From Perkinsus chesapeaki ATCC PRA-425 (Eukaryota > Protista > Perkinsozoa): 64,000 bases of DNA. The position numbers and the translations under genes are program-made. The stretch lies in contig JAAPAO010000089.1 in NCBI GenBank assembly GCA_013115145.1, forward strand, positions 21,576 through 85,575, written 5' to 3'. Every line of letters begins with the position of its first letter. The stretch's first letter is position 1. Shown piece after piece: positions 23,437-36,518 of the stretch. The notes beneath the pieces were generated by a model. That model was not told the origin of the DNA. It saw only the letters and a list, made by a program, of their open reading frames with translations, and made no database searches.

Positions 23437-23681
23437 GACTGGGCACAGAGTCCCTAGGATCCTGACTTTTTTGGGAGACCAGGAACGGAGTGATACCAAT
23501 CTCTGTAAAACACACCCCTTCCACCGCTTCAGTCAAGGAGGTGTATTTCAACGTTTTTGTTTATAAACCTATCTACTTATACTTTTCTTGCACTTCTACA
23601 CATTAAGCACTTTCCGGCACTTAGCACCAAAACAACACACCTCCTCTTCGACACAAAAACTGTCTCCAAGAGCCCCTTTCC

Positions 23682-26600
23682 TTACTCCACTTCTAATTGC
23701 CCATCCTCTTCAAGATCCGTACAGTGTACAGCATTCTTAATCCTGTCTTCACCAAACGCAGCCCTCAGCGTGTCTACCGTCAACATGCAACCCATCACCG
23801 CGGTTTCGGTTCACCTGGTCGAAGTGCCTTTGCTATCTCAGGATCGTGAGGGCCAACAAATTTCCTGAATGCTCCGACCGCCGAATCCTGGCGGACCTAC
23901 AGCGAATCTTTCTCAGCGTCACTCGCCCCTTAATTCCAACTTCGATTGCCAACGAAGGGCCGCCGCTGAGCTCCGTCACCTGTCCTGTGTATTCTGGAAG
24001 AACCCCACTGTAAACCTGACAAAGGACGCCTAATGAGACGCTGAAAAAGACAATCGAGCGGACTATGGAGCAGGAGGGAAAGAGGAGAGCCATTAACTTA
24101 GCTTCGCACTTTCAAGCTGAGAAGGAACAAGTGGGGGGAGTGGTTACCTCCAAGAACTCCTCACATGATCGTTTGTCCAGGAAGCACCATCGCATGGCAG
24201 ATATCTCAAACCTAAAAACTATCTCGGTGGGACTCGAACCCACAGTCTTTGGTTCCGAAGACCAACGCCTTATCCATTAGGCCACGAGACCACGCAAAAC
24301 CATCCTTACAAACGTTACACGCCCACTCACCCGCTATCTAATATCCTCTGAACAACTTCGCCGACCTTTGCCGTATTAGCAATCTGACCAAAACCACATT
24401 CAAACCCCTCACACGCCCATAGCGAACCTACATGAGGCCGAACGACGCAGCACGTGCAGTTGTTGAATATTGCCGTCTCTTCCGCGCGGGAGTCCCGTCC
24501 TGAATCGGACGCTTTTATAAACAAAATTGTCAAACCTTACCAAAGAAGAAGTCGATTTCTCGAGAGGCATTCTCATTGGAGTCGCTGCCGTGAACTGCGT
24601 TGCGAGTGGCATCCGTACCGTATCTGCACCAAAATCAACGTGGAGAGTTCCGTTTGCCACAGAAAAGATATATTCGCTATCACTAAAGGCTATTATTAAT
24701 TCTACTTTTGGAATATCTCGGTATGCAAGCCGTGAGATGGTAAATGGTGAGCTGAACTAAGCTAGACTAAGCTCGTTCTGAAGTTCCAAGGAGAGTTCTT
24801 ATTCCCTTCAATTCCCTTCTCACTCCCTTCACACAAAGAACTTCGTTCGCTAATTATGACACTGGTTTCCGAATATCTTATTCACCTCCCTTATTCTCAC
24901 CAATAACGCAATCTCTTCAGGTTATACTCACAGTAATAAGGAGGCTTGGAGCCAAGACTGTCGGGAAGAACAACATAACCACAGCAATGATAACGTTATA
25001 ACGATATCATTATACGAGTCCCACCGAGACGAGGTTTCCGGCCGTAAGGCTCCGCGATACTACTTCACATTAACAAAGAAATTCGCGCAAAGCAGTTTAC
25101 CTCGGACGTAGTTGCCCTTCAACCAGTCTTCTCCATTTATTAACAGCATCGTCACCCCAAAGCTCTATGGCCACCACCGCATCAGATGTTACGAACCTGA
25201 CAGCACCAGCTGGCCTACCGAATAGCTTCAAGCGAAACGAACCGAAGAATTGAGTTGAAATCTCTTACGTATGTTGGAGCCATACTTTTCGTACAAACTA
25301 TACACACCAATTGATACTCTTGCCGCAACTGTATTCATTGCAGTATAATTTATATTATCACTCTCACACAGCTCTCTACACTCTTATTCTACTACTACCC
25401 CACCATTTCTAGGATCTATTCGTAAAGAGAGAGATTATCATTTCTCAGTGTCAATTTACCCTATTATTTCTCAGTATCAATTTATCTTATTATTTCCCAG
25501 TGTCAATTTATCTTATTATTTCTCAGTGTCAATTTATTCTATTATTTCTCAGTGTCAATTTATCTTATTATTTCTCAGTGCCAATTTACCCTATTATTTC
25601 TCAGTGTCAATTTATTCTATTATTTCTCAGTATCAATTTATCTTATTATTTCCTAGTATCAATTTTTATGATCATTTGAATCATTCATTCGCACATCGAC
25701 CCACTATTATACATAAAGATTAATACTCTATCAAAGCATCAAAGAAGCTCTTTCCCTTATGGTCCCTATAAAACTCCTGTGCTGCCTGCTTGTCCAACTT
25801 GCACATCCTCAAATTCTTAATAACAAACCTGAGCCACCACACATCCGCACTTCCCAACTATCCACTCTATCACCCTGCTTTGACTATCTCTCCAAGTATA
25901 TCCCCAATGTGATTGTATGCATCAGGCTTTATCATGCCCAATGTGCGGCCCTTCATAGTCTCCAATTTCGAACGGGTAAACTGAGTAAATGAGTCAAATA
26001 GAATCTCTAAAAACAAATTCCAAACACACTTGTCTTTTAGTATAAATTGCAAAACACACTTTGCTTTTAGTATAAATTCCACACACACTTGTCTTTTAGT
26101 ATAAATTGCAAACACACTTGTCTTTTAGTATAAATTGCAAACACACTTGTCTTTTAGTATAAATTGCAAACACACTTGTCTTTTAGTATAAATTTGCAAA
26201 CACACTTGTCTTTTAGTATAAATTGCAAACACACTTGTCTTTTNNNNNNNNNNNNNNNNNNNNNNNNNNNNNNNNNNNNNNNNNNNNNNNNNNNNNNNNN
26301 NNNNNNNNNNNNNNNNNNNNNNNNNNNNNNNNNNNNNNCTTTTAGTATAAATTGCAAATACACTTGTCTTTTAGTATAAATTGCAAATACACTTGTCTTT
26401 TAGTATAAATTGCAAATACACTTGTCTTTTAGTATAAATTGAAAACACACTTGTGTTTTAGTGTAACGCGCAACCAGGTTGCCACAGACGAATCTGAGAT
26501 GTTCCCGATAGGGTAACATATCTCCGCATCGGGGACACATTCGATTCCCAAGCAGCACATTTGTGTAAGGCTCGATCACTCCCTGCACATTCATGAAGGA

Positions 26601-27533
26601 TACTTCAAATTCTTCAAGAACGTTGATAGCTTCTCAACGGGATGAGATTGTCCAAGTTTACCATCGGCAATAAGCTCGCGGAGTATCATTTTACCACGAA
26701 CAACGTAGCCGAAATTGATTAAGCCCAAAAAACGCTGCCACTTATAACTGTTGTTCAGACGAGGTTTTCCGTTCTCCCTACCAGTATTGAGTAGCTTCCT
26801 TACGTCACTGATGCGGACAGACATGCTTCAAAAGACATAACCGAAGCTCCACATTATAACTTCAAACACACGAAATTGACAAATACTGTATATTAGTTGT
26901 ACGTGTGTACAAAATAAATGATGACTTATCTATGACATCGATTCGAGCCACTACTACCAAGTTCACTCATTCCCTCATAAGCATAAATACAATGTATACA
27001 TACATTAGCATTTACATTAACACTAACATTACATGTTAGCATTATACAATGTATAAATGATATATATATAAACTTTAAATACGTAAAAGCATAAACAAAT
27101 CTATGACTAATCTATGGTGGCATCAGTCCATCAAGCCACCACACCCAAGTTCGCTCAACCCTTCCCCAATTACTACCTCATCAGCATACTCTACTATCTT
27201 AAGCTGCCTCGAAAACACCGTTATCATCGATCCGATATACAAGTCCTTAGCCGCCACTCCAGGATACTCACAACGCTTTAGAAAGGCTAAAATGAGAAAT
27301 CCTATTCACCAACAACTACCAGGTCACCACCTACGTCGACGGTTTTTAATATCGTACATCTCCAGAGTGCCGTCCCGCAAGAAATATCTGATCAACATCT
27401 GTACCAAGACCAGTAACCGCAGATGACTATTGTAGGGTTGAATGAAAGCCAAGATATTATCGAATGGAGTTGTGGAGCCAGCGGTGCGCACCCTCACTTC
27501 AAACGCGCGAACAAACAAGTCATTCAGCTCCAT
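23682..27533 (-). CDS. NME7: Nucleoside diphosphate kinase 7 (DM10 plus two NDK domains), multi-exon
   Basis: DM10: YFLRDGTLEMYDIKNRR, LYIGSMITVFSRQLKIVEYADE. NDK-A: RTLGMIKPDA, NAVHGSDS..REIDFFF. NDK-B: NCTCCVVRPH, PEY..VTELSGGP, TLRAAFGEDRIKNAVHCTDLEEDGQLEVE. The last exon is uncertain. Confidence 0.92.
24219..24291 (-). tRNA. trnR-TCG: tRNA-Arg(TCG), inside an NME7 intron
   Basis: GGTCTCGTGGCCTAATGGATAAGGCGTTGGTCTTCGGAACCAAAGACTGTGGGTTCGAGTCCCACCGAGATAG followed by TTTTT; G1:A72 mismatch. Confidence 0.9.
25440..25667. repeat. 26-bp minisatellite, ~8.7 copies, intronic
   Basis: Unit atttctcagt(g/a)tcaattta(ccc/tct/ttc)tatt. Confidence 0.95.
26015..26462. repeat. 29-bp minisatellite spanning an assembly gap, intronic
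   Basis: Unit cacacttgtcttttagtataaattgcaaa on both sides of the N run. Confidence 0.95.
26244..26338. other. Assembly gap (95 N)
   Basis: Run of n. Confidence 1.
26470..26824 (-). mobile_element. Ty3/gypsy RT-connection/RNase H relic in an NME7 intron
   Basis: KWQRFLGLINFGYVV..LRELI..FLKNLK followed by PDAE..DSS-like remnants. Confidence 0.55.
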
Positions 27534-27670
27534 CTGGGGAGGTCATGGCTGGTACATAATATAGCACCTCTATAGTATTATAGAATATCCTCTATATAAT
27601 ATATAGCCAACATATCATTCAAGAGTCGTTCCATGGAGATATTGCGAGAAAATATTTTTTTGCCAAAAAA

Positions 27671-27750
27671 TGGCGGGCCTGGGAATCGAACCTGCGACCC
27701 CGCATGGAATTTGATAATGATATGTAAACACGCTGAGCTCCGCATAACCT
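27671..27750 (-). pseudogene. Degenerate or chimeric tRNA-like sequence
   Basis: AGCTCAG remnant, GGGTCGCAGGTTCGATTCCCAGGCCCGCCA then T6. The T-stem halves do not pair and there is no proper anticodon arm. Confidence 0.4.
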
Positions 27751-27950
27751 TCGCGAATGGCGTATAAAACATGTAATATTGTTCGACGAAGATGGATCTT
27801 TGTCCATAGGAATGAAGGATTCCACAGATCCTGGGCCCCTCGGTGATGCGCGGTTGACCTAGTACGGAGAGCTGAAACATCGCACACAAGCGGGACAGTT
27901 GTAACACAACTTATGTGAGGTGATATTTCGAACGAAAAGAATAATAACAG

Positions 27951-28024
27951 TGGTCGATGCAGGGCTCGAACCTGCGACCCTCGCGTTATTAGCACGATGC
28001 TCTAACCGACTGAGCTAAACGACC
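27951..28024 (-). tRNA. trnI-AAT: tRNA-Ile(AAT)
   Basis: GGTCGTTTAGCTCAGTCGGTTAGAGCATCGTGCTAATAACGCGAGGGTCGCAGGTTCGAGCCCTGCATCGACCA. Confidence 0.95.
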
Positions 28025-28691
28025 TCTTATTCATACACTAATGTCGCAATCTACAATCCTTCCTACCAATAACCCGACAGGCATTGCCCTAGGACCATGT
28101 CTGACACCTGACACGCTCGGCCACACTGTCTCCGTCAGTGTATAATACACTAAACCTAATTGGTCTCTAATAGTTCAAACGTTACCCAAACAACATATAC
28201 ACAGTATCATTTAATACTCACATTCTTACGTACATAATTTGCTTCATCATAACTTATATACTTTCACGCTTCTTCACGAATTACCCTTTTATCACCTATA
28301 CTCGTATAGTTGCCAGTTCAGGCTTTACGTCAGCATTAGTTCTTCGCTGCTACTACTACGGAAATCATAGTATGAATGCTATAGGCTATCACATATATCA
28401 CAAGCCAGCATTATACACCACAACAATGTGTCATTTCTCCACGTTATGAAAAGGACATTATATTCTCTTTCGCGTTTTCCACGATCCGCCTCCCCCTCCC
28501 TTTACTACGTCAGCTGATAACGCCGAAACAGCTCCGCAGTCTGATCGAACCATTCCACAAAGAAGGTGTATCGATCTTCATTAGCGTTGGTCCTCACCAT
28601 TATAAAATTATACTATCCACAAAAATCGCCCAGTAAATAAACTCAACCTCCAGACTCCTCAGAAAACCCAAATTAAATCTATTATGCACAA

Positions 28692-31600
28692 TCAGCTCGC
28701 CCTTAGCCCAGCTATCTGCGGAGGCACCTCATGAAAGGCTCCCTTATTCAGCTCCTCCACTTCAGTTTCCTCTTCCTCACCAGTCGTCTTTTGCACTAGC
28801 CAAATCACCGCACTGGCATCTCGACCGTACCCAGTAGTAGCCTGAGAACTTTCGGCTTAACTCATTAGCATTTAGAATGCCCTCCTTGCCTCTCATTCGT
28901 CGTACGAGCGTTCGATTATCAGTTGATCTATCAAACTCATACCATTAGAAAGCCCTCGTTTTATTCTCTCCGGTGGAGTACGTAGAAGATATTGAATAAA
29001 CATTATCAAGTAAAAATATATAACTCCTCAGTAGTACAGCACGTTGCGTATTACTAAATAATCAAACTAAAGTTAGCAGTAGTGCACACGGTGTTCATTT
29101 ACCACTAAAGTCTTTTCTGCAAAGAGGAACTAATGCGACATTACAAAGCCCAGGGCGAAAGCTTTCTTATGGCGCCCACCGTATTCCAGCGAGTGGACCC
29201 CTCCCATGCAGCAGCGCCATGTATGATATAATAATGTATTGTCCTATAATAACCCTCCAAATCCTCCCGAGCTACTACCAGAACCCTTCCATTGGAGTTT
29301 GCTGAGACACTCGATAAAGCGCAGAGATGTCCAACAGGCGACCGTCCCGTTTGCTTCCCCGAACAGAGATCGATTACGTAAAGGCGTCGATCTAAGCCCG
29401 GCACGAACAGCAAAGGGGCTTCTGAATCTGAAAAGTCAAAGTGATGCTACCGAGTACTAGACAACCAACCAAATACGATGTGAGAAAGAGGGTGATCAGT
29501 GCCTTCTGATATATATAACGGATATCCAGACATAGCACGAATATTACTACCCGTATTCGAGTTGATTAGCTCTACTACTAACTGAAATAATAATATGCTG
29601 TGACTAATAATCTGTGAACCGTCTCCACCACTACCGGCTTAGCTGCAGCAGTGATGATATTTTAATCTTAATATGAATTATTAATCGATTAGTTATGTGC
29701 ATTTTCAATTACTTTCACTATCTTTGTCTAATTGTCAAGTCCGCAAAGTTAACTCCAAATCAAAAAATTGCTGCATTAGAGGCGGAGCGATGCAAAACCC
29801 ACCTGTAGTGACACACGGTCTGCAAAAGTGTTTAATTTTATCTCCCTCTTCCTTATTTGAAGGCGCCTTAGTTGAAGTTGACTGAGGTGATCCCTGCACT
29901 GACTGAGCTCGGCTGCTGGGAGCACTCTAAGAAATCAAAGTCGAATCCAGCGTTCGGGTAGTATCTTACGAAGCTGTAAAAACCCCGCATCAACCTCACG
30001 AAATCGATGAGATTTTCACCATTTCCCATGTCGCCTCGAAACTGAACGTTTCAGGCTTCCGCTTATTACGCAATACGCTCTCGAGAATGTGTGGGTGCTG
30101 TGTAAATATTAGTTACTAAATAACCAGTAGAACGATTATCCCACTCGCATGAGACTGACCCCCCTTTAAAGCCTATATTACCTCACTCATCCCTCTGCAG
30201 TTGTTGCCTGGTTGCTCGAAACCGTGAAGCCACCTACAGTGAATAATACTACAGGCGATATAATGGGGAGTATGTATCTCACACTTGACGATAACAAATG
30301 ATATTCATATACAATTACAACTAAATATTGATAAAGAGATTTATAACGACTAGTTTACAAGGTAAATTTTAAATTATAAATCTATCGACAAGTACTGGGA
30401 ATAAAAGTAGGAGCTGAAGTAGGGACAGCACCCAAGCACCCCTGTAGTAGCAAACCATAGCTACCAATTGAGTGATATGCAATGATATTAACAACGTTAG
30501 GAATCGATTGTTCCAACTGGCTTGCGAAGGCACCTAATAATACCACTTCTACTACCGTCATGTGAGCTAACACAGCAAAGTAAATCCCTCATTAAGAAAC
30601 CTACAAAGTAACTCGTTGTAATGTGAGTTTCTTACCTCATAGTTTGATGAGACCTCAAATCCCAAACTCGTGCCAATCCGTCCGAATACAACCCGGCAAC
30701 ATAAACAGGCGTAGATCTGCCCACCACTACCCACTCGACCGCTAAGCACCGACGCTACTTGTCACGGATGTCTCGACTTTGCATTGTCGCGCCCATGCAT
30801 TCAGTTCCACTCGCACCCGCACCGAGCGTCCGCAAACAGTCGCCAGACCACGAGGACCAGAGACGGATCATTCCATCGAGGCCAGCGGTGAACTGATGAG
30901 GAAAAGTCGGTATGAAATGGAAGGGAAAGTCTTACTATAACAGAGTCGTCCTGAGCGTATCCCACCGAAGAGAGCGGGCCATGGGACGCCACCGTGTCGA
31001 TATGTGGCTTGTTCTGTGAGGATGTGTAGTGGCTCGAAAGGGATGCAACTAAAATGCACCGACCAGGGATCGAACTTGAGGTCTCGAATTGAGATTTACA
31101 CAGAGCGGAGGTAAGATCAATGACACCGCAGGCCGCTAAGACCAACTGGGAAAGCCGGGGACGCTCTGAAACCGTATGGCTTCAGAGGAAGGCGCTCCTC
31201 GCTAATCAAAAAGAGCTTCCAATGCGGAGGAGAAAGAACAGAGATTTTTATAGGAAATATTCCTAGACCAGAGGGAAACGTCCATTTAAATTCCTATGGA
31301 GGACATCTGACATTCTTTTATAGCTCACTGATCACCGTGAAGGTGAAGATTACTTGCCCAACTGAGTGAAAACGATTATCATTCGAGATTCATCCTAATT
31401 TTTCGAACCCATTAAATTTCATGCATTCCCTAAGTTGCCCATATCCATTCCCATAGCTCACATTGCCTAATATCCCACAGGTGAAGTACACCTTGACTGT
31501 CACCACTGGCAAGCGAGCAACAGTTCGGTGAGTTACCCATCGATACGCAATAAGCTGGATCTTCGCACTTTGCCCTGCCGATCGGGCCTTCAGCACCTAT

Positions 31601-32500
31601 AAGCGTTATAGTCCAAGAGCATTTCATACGAGGAGGCGATGTCGGCCTACTCGTTGAACGATTACCGTAAGGATGCTGGAGATTGAGGAAGTGAGTAAAA
31701 TATTACTCTATATAGATAGGTTTGACTACCTTGATATTTGAAGGTTATAATACTGAATGGATAGTAATAGAGATATAATGCTCCGACGGTGAGTATGCAA
31801 AAATAAAAGCAAATAGTTTCTAAAGGATCTTACTGGCCAACTGCACTGATGCTTCCCGTGTCAGATCTTGTCGCATCGACTGTATCAAATTTGTTGGAAT
31901 GAATATTATTCATTCTTGGTTGTTATAATTATTTCTTGAGCCAATCATATTATAATTCTTTGCTGGTCCTTCCATTGGATGATTAAGCGTACTATTTTTT
32001 TCATTATCCACCGGCATCAGAGTCTTACTTGCTCGGATATCCCAGAGAAGTACCGCTCCTCCTTCACATGAAGTCACCACCCAATTGCCACTACCATGCC
32101 AAGTACAGTCGGTTAGGGGGTGAATATGGCCACCAGATAGGGTTACTATCAGTCTAAAGGTTGAAGCGTGCAAGATACAGAGTAGGTTAACAAAGGTGCG
32201 CTTTGTCGTAGTACCTTCCGACATTCAAGTCCCATATTTTAGCTGAACTATCCGCACTTGCCGTAGCCAGTTTATCATCATTGCTGAAGGTCCCTCGCAC
32301 CACACAGGCTTCGTGGCCGGTCAGCCTGCAAGCGGCCGCCAATTTTACTGTCATCAACCCGAGGAAAAGATCCAACGATTATGCTTCGAGCGAGTTCGAG
32401 GCATCTCGGAATTAGTTACGAACGATTATGCTCATTTCGTGCTTGTCGACGAGTTGCGTCTTACTCGACTAGGGGGAAGTCTCTGCGAGATGTGGTGAAT
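28692..32500 (-). CDS. WD40-repeat protein, multi-exon
   Basis: LTGHEACV..LATASADSSAKIWDL, GHIHPLTDCTW..VVTSCEGGAVLLWDIR, LASGDSQGVLHLWDIR, TGYGRDASAVIW; stop at 28692-28694. The start is approximate. Confidence 0.75.
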
Positions 32501-32603
32501 GGGGTCTCATAGTACATAGGGAATTCAGCCTTTGGGTATCTTAGGTTGGAGCCTGCATCAATAACTATTAAAATATTCCCTCGGCTTCAGTTCTGTTATC
32601 ATC

Positions 32604-34851
32604 ATGTCTCAAGCGACAGCAGCAAACCGAAAGCACACAGACTTTGCTCGATTGTAAGTGGTCAGTCAACCGACCTCTGGAGGATCTTCCTCAGAATGCG
32701 AGCTGGGTATCAAGTCGACGCGGATCCAGATTCGAAGAACGTCACGCAAGATTTCTCTGTTGTATTCTACGCCCCAGAAAGCTGTAAGTCCGCAACGGTC
32801 CTCTGTAAACTAAACGACACCTCACTGGTCATTCTATCAGGAAAGCTGTTAAGGAAAATCTATGCGAAAAAGTGCCTGAATTTCTGCAGCCAAAGAAGGG
32901 GAAATTTCAGAAATTCTTGAGCATTTTTACCATATAGAGCCGGTGTGTTGCATGACCTAACCTTCTTGTTCAGCTCCCTATAAGGGTGGTATATATCGAA
33001 TACACGTTGAGCTTCCCGAGCAGTATCCCTATCAGAGTCCAAGCATTGGATTCAGGAACAGGTGAGGCAAATCTTATAGGCTTCCATTATCGTGATGACG
33101 GGAAAGTGCGGTAGGAGTAATTCCCGAGATTACTTGAGTCCCGATGTGGGCAGTGCATCGAGGCTTCCTCGGTTAATCCAACAAGTTCTCTCAACACACA
33201 TAACGTGTAACACGTCGCTTTCGGCCAAAGTTGAGCGAAATTTTCACTGCTGTGGGGTTTAGTTTACCAGGCCTTGCTGTATTAAAACAGCAGTCAGTAG
33301 CTTACTTTTAATAAATGGACGATATCTATCGAAAATTCGAAGGGAATTTGCACGACTGTAAATGGGCATATTTTGAATCAAAGTATATGTCTGTAACGGA
33401 GCATAGATAAAGCACTACTCGACGGGCGCAATTGCGGACTCTCTCCTTTACAGGGGCAAATGTTACTACAGGTGGAACAATCCAATCGACCTTCAACAGA
33501 AACCCCAGGAACAGTGTGTTAATTGAAAACTCTGCGGTGTGACGCTATGGCATTTCTGTTGTTAGGATATTTCATCCTAACATCGATGAGCGAAGTGGTT
33601 CTGTGTGCTTGGATGTCATCAACCAGACTTGGACGCCACTGTACTCGTTAGTCAATATCTTTGACGTCTTCCTTCCCCAGTTATTAGCGTAAGTTGAGGC
33701 TTTCGGAATCTTGCGAGGACAAGCATTTTAGCAGCTGCGGCCTCGGTTGGTTGGGATTCGGATTGTTATTGCCTTATAATTGTTTCGATGAATATCTCAT
33801 AATAACCTATCAGACATATCGTAATTGTTGAATAGTCTATTCCGTGGGGAATATGACTATCTCTTCTTCCTGTATTCCCTGCGCATTGCGGCAATGCCCA
33901 TTCTGGCAGATACGTCAAATGCTAGGCAATGTCATCGTTCAACATATGACGTATCGTTGTCCAAAACTGACCTCTATCTTGTGCAAGCTCAAGGTCTCTG
34001 ATAGATACCCGAACCCATCGGATCCGTTGAATCCTGATGCAGCCGCATTGATGCTGCGAGATAAGACTGCGTACAGCGATAAATGCCAAGGTAGAAAGAT
34101 TCTTTCAAGGTTGATTCACTGTCAGTACGATTTTCTCACGCGCCAGAAAATACCAATGCTGGGAGATTTGAAAATCTTTTGTATAATTTTTTCTATAAAA
34201 TTTTTTATAATTTTCTAATTCTTTTTGTTTTAAAGTTTTCCTATATTTTTTGCGAACCGGCGACTGTTGCATTCCGACATGGTGTTGATTATTCTGTAGT
34301 GACTCTTTTTCAGAGTACGTACGTTTGTACGCCTCGTCCTCCTCGATCCTCGGCCGGAAGAGCAGCGATGATGAAGTCGATGAAGCCTGCTCCCCTCAAG
34401 CTAGTCCGTTGCAGCAACCAAGGCGAATGGTGAGACGACTCACTTGTTTATGGGAATAGACTTGCACGTCAATATTCGGTCGAAGGAGAAGAAGCGGCAT
34501 ATTCCCACAAGGTCGCCCAAAAGAAGAGTGTGGTCTCAGGCGGCTGGTTCGTGCTGCAGTACGATTTCGTCCTCAACGACATTCTGTCAGAGCCCAACAG
34601 CGCTCACTCCAGTCGTTCGAGGCAGACCAATAGGCGGCAGCTCAGACGTTGCCAGTCGGTTCCTCGTGACGTCTGAGCCGTGCAGCCGCGGATTAGGTTC
34701 TCCTCGAGGGCTGGAGGCCAGTATGATGCTGGCAGAAGTTAGCCTAGAGTCTGCGCAGGACGAATCGATGAGCGACGGTAGCGACGCTGTAACGGTGAGC
34801 GAGCTGTCTCAGTTGGACTGTGTGGGAGAGCTGGATTTGGAAGGCTTATAG
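32604..34851 (+). CDS. UBC8: Ubiquitin-conjugating enzyme E2, Ubc8/UBE2H type, with Ser/acidic C-terminal extension
   Basis: [90 protein letters not shown]. Confidence 0.92.
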
Positions 34852-34984
34852 CCATCGCTCTGTGAGGGGCTAGTGTCAGGTGAAGGGGACAGTTTTTGTG
34901 TCAGGTATACTTGCTCAAAGCATAGGACCATTTCATCATAGTATGTTCTTTGAATTTAAGCGATGGCAAGATATTGTTATCGTC

Positions 34985-36400
34985 TCATTTGGAGATTGCA
35001 TTCTTCGACCTCAGTAAGATATTTCTTGCGATTTGTTCGGGTGCCATTGCATTGGTTTCCTCCGACCAACCCGTACTCTTTCTGCGCTTATCAAAACGAC
35101 CTTTTCCCAGCTTTTTCTTGTGGAGCTCGGTCCGATCGCTGAGACCTAGATTATAATAATTTGATTTCTTATCAGGTACGCTGCCCGCGAGGGGGAGTCT
35201 TTTCTGAGAATTCTGTATCCTTCAACTTTACATTTCTGTTGCATGTTTGTTGCTGCTGCTGTTTGCTGTTGTTGATGATGATGATCTCCGCTAAGCCTCA
35301 GGCCTCAGCAGCACTAGGAAGTAGTTTACTCGATCCACTCGCCGCCACCGCCCATCTGTAGAATTAGCTGCTCTTTATTTACCCTCTGGTGGTGTGCCTT
35401 TAAGAACCTTGCGCTTGTAGTTGCCAATAGCGTTACGAAAATGCTAGTTGGAGCAAGATGAGCAAGATTTTTACAATCTCCGTCCGTCCAGGTATATCTT
35501 TTCTGCATTGAATGTTCTGATTGGATGAGCTTGACGAAGAAAGATTCTCGGTGTAGAAGGCCGAATCTGCTTGTCCTCCGTTATTCACATTTTCTGCTTG
35601 TTTGCTCAATGCGCAATTTATCAGTGCGTTAATCTCGATTGAACTTTTATTTTGCCTGTGAGTCAGTTGGCTGCTCTTTGAAGGTTGCGATCTGTCAAGG
35701 TAAGTCTCCTATCTTGGCTCTCTTCCGCAGACGGGGGATAAATTGTCCGCAGTTTCCGATCTAGAAAACGAGGGTTCCAGCTCACTGACTTTTGGTGTGT
35801 GTGATTTGAGTTCGTAGGCGTTGGACGATAGGCGCTTTCACACACACGCTTTTGGTGGCGAGTAGTATATTTATAAACTTTGAACCAAGATGCTGCCAAG
35901 GATGGCACACTAAGCTTCACTCGATCAGACTTCCGTTATGAATTTCTCATCCTTATGATTTCGTCTGACAATGAGTAAACTAGAGGACTGCGCCGATCGG
36001 AGTGCATCGCCCTCAACTTAACAGCGCAGGTCTTGGCTCCTCCCTCCGGGAATGATGCACCCAGGATCTCCAGATTTTTGAACTTCAGCGTCAGGCACAT
36101 TTTCGGTGGCTGCTGGAGTGTGTTTCATTAGTGGTGCTCTGGTATATAGTATTCGCTGTTTTACAATACCATTTAGATTGCAATATTTTTCTAGTTGATA
36201 ACGACTTTCGGAGTTTTTGTCGCTGTGCCGTCAGGCTTGGACGTCTCAGCCGTAGGTGGTCTAAGAGATTGTTGTCAGGCGATGATGATGGCGCTGATTG
36301 TTACCAAAGTGTCGCTGTGATGATGCATGACTTGTTGTAGATGTTATTACTTGTTATTGAAGTGTCAGCGGTGGCCTAGATTACTGCTGCTGTTGCTGGT
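34985..36400 (-). CDS. Hypothetical low-complexity protein, multi-exon
   Basis: Terminal exon GLSDRTELHKKKLGKGRF..ILLRSKNAISK* follows an AG acceptor, and Q/S/N-rich open stretches lie upstream. Gene structure not resolved. Confidence 0.35.
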
Positions 36401-36518
36401 CCTGAGCACCAAGCATGCAGTACTCTGATACTAGTATCGATTCACGTAGGGTACGACAAGCGCACAGTCGTCGGCGTTGCGTTGGCCAGTTGGGGGGAAG
36501 AAAAAGTTCTGATAGTTG

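Noticed and set aside
25440-26462. Tandem arrays as a possible CRISPR
   Set aside because: The units are head-to-tail with no unique spacers, no cas genes are present, and the context is a eukaryotic intron.
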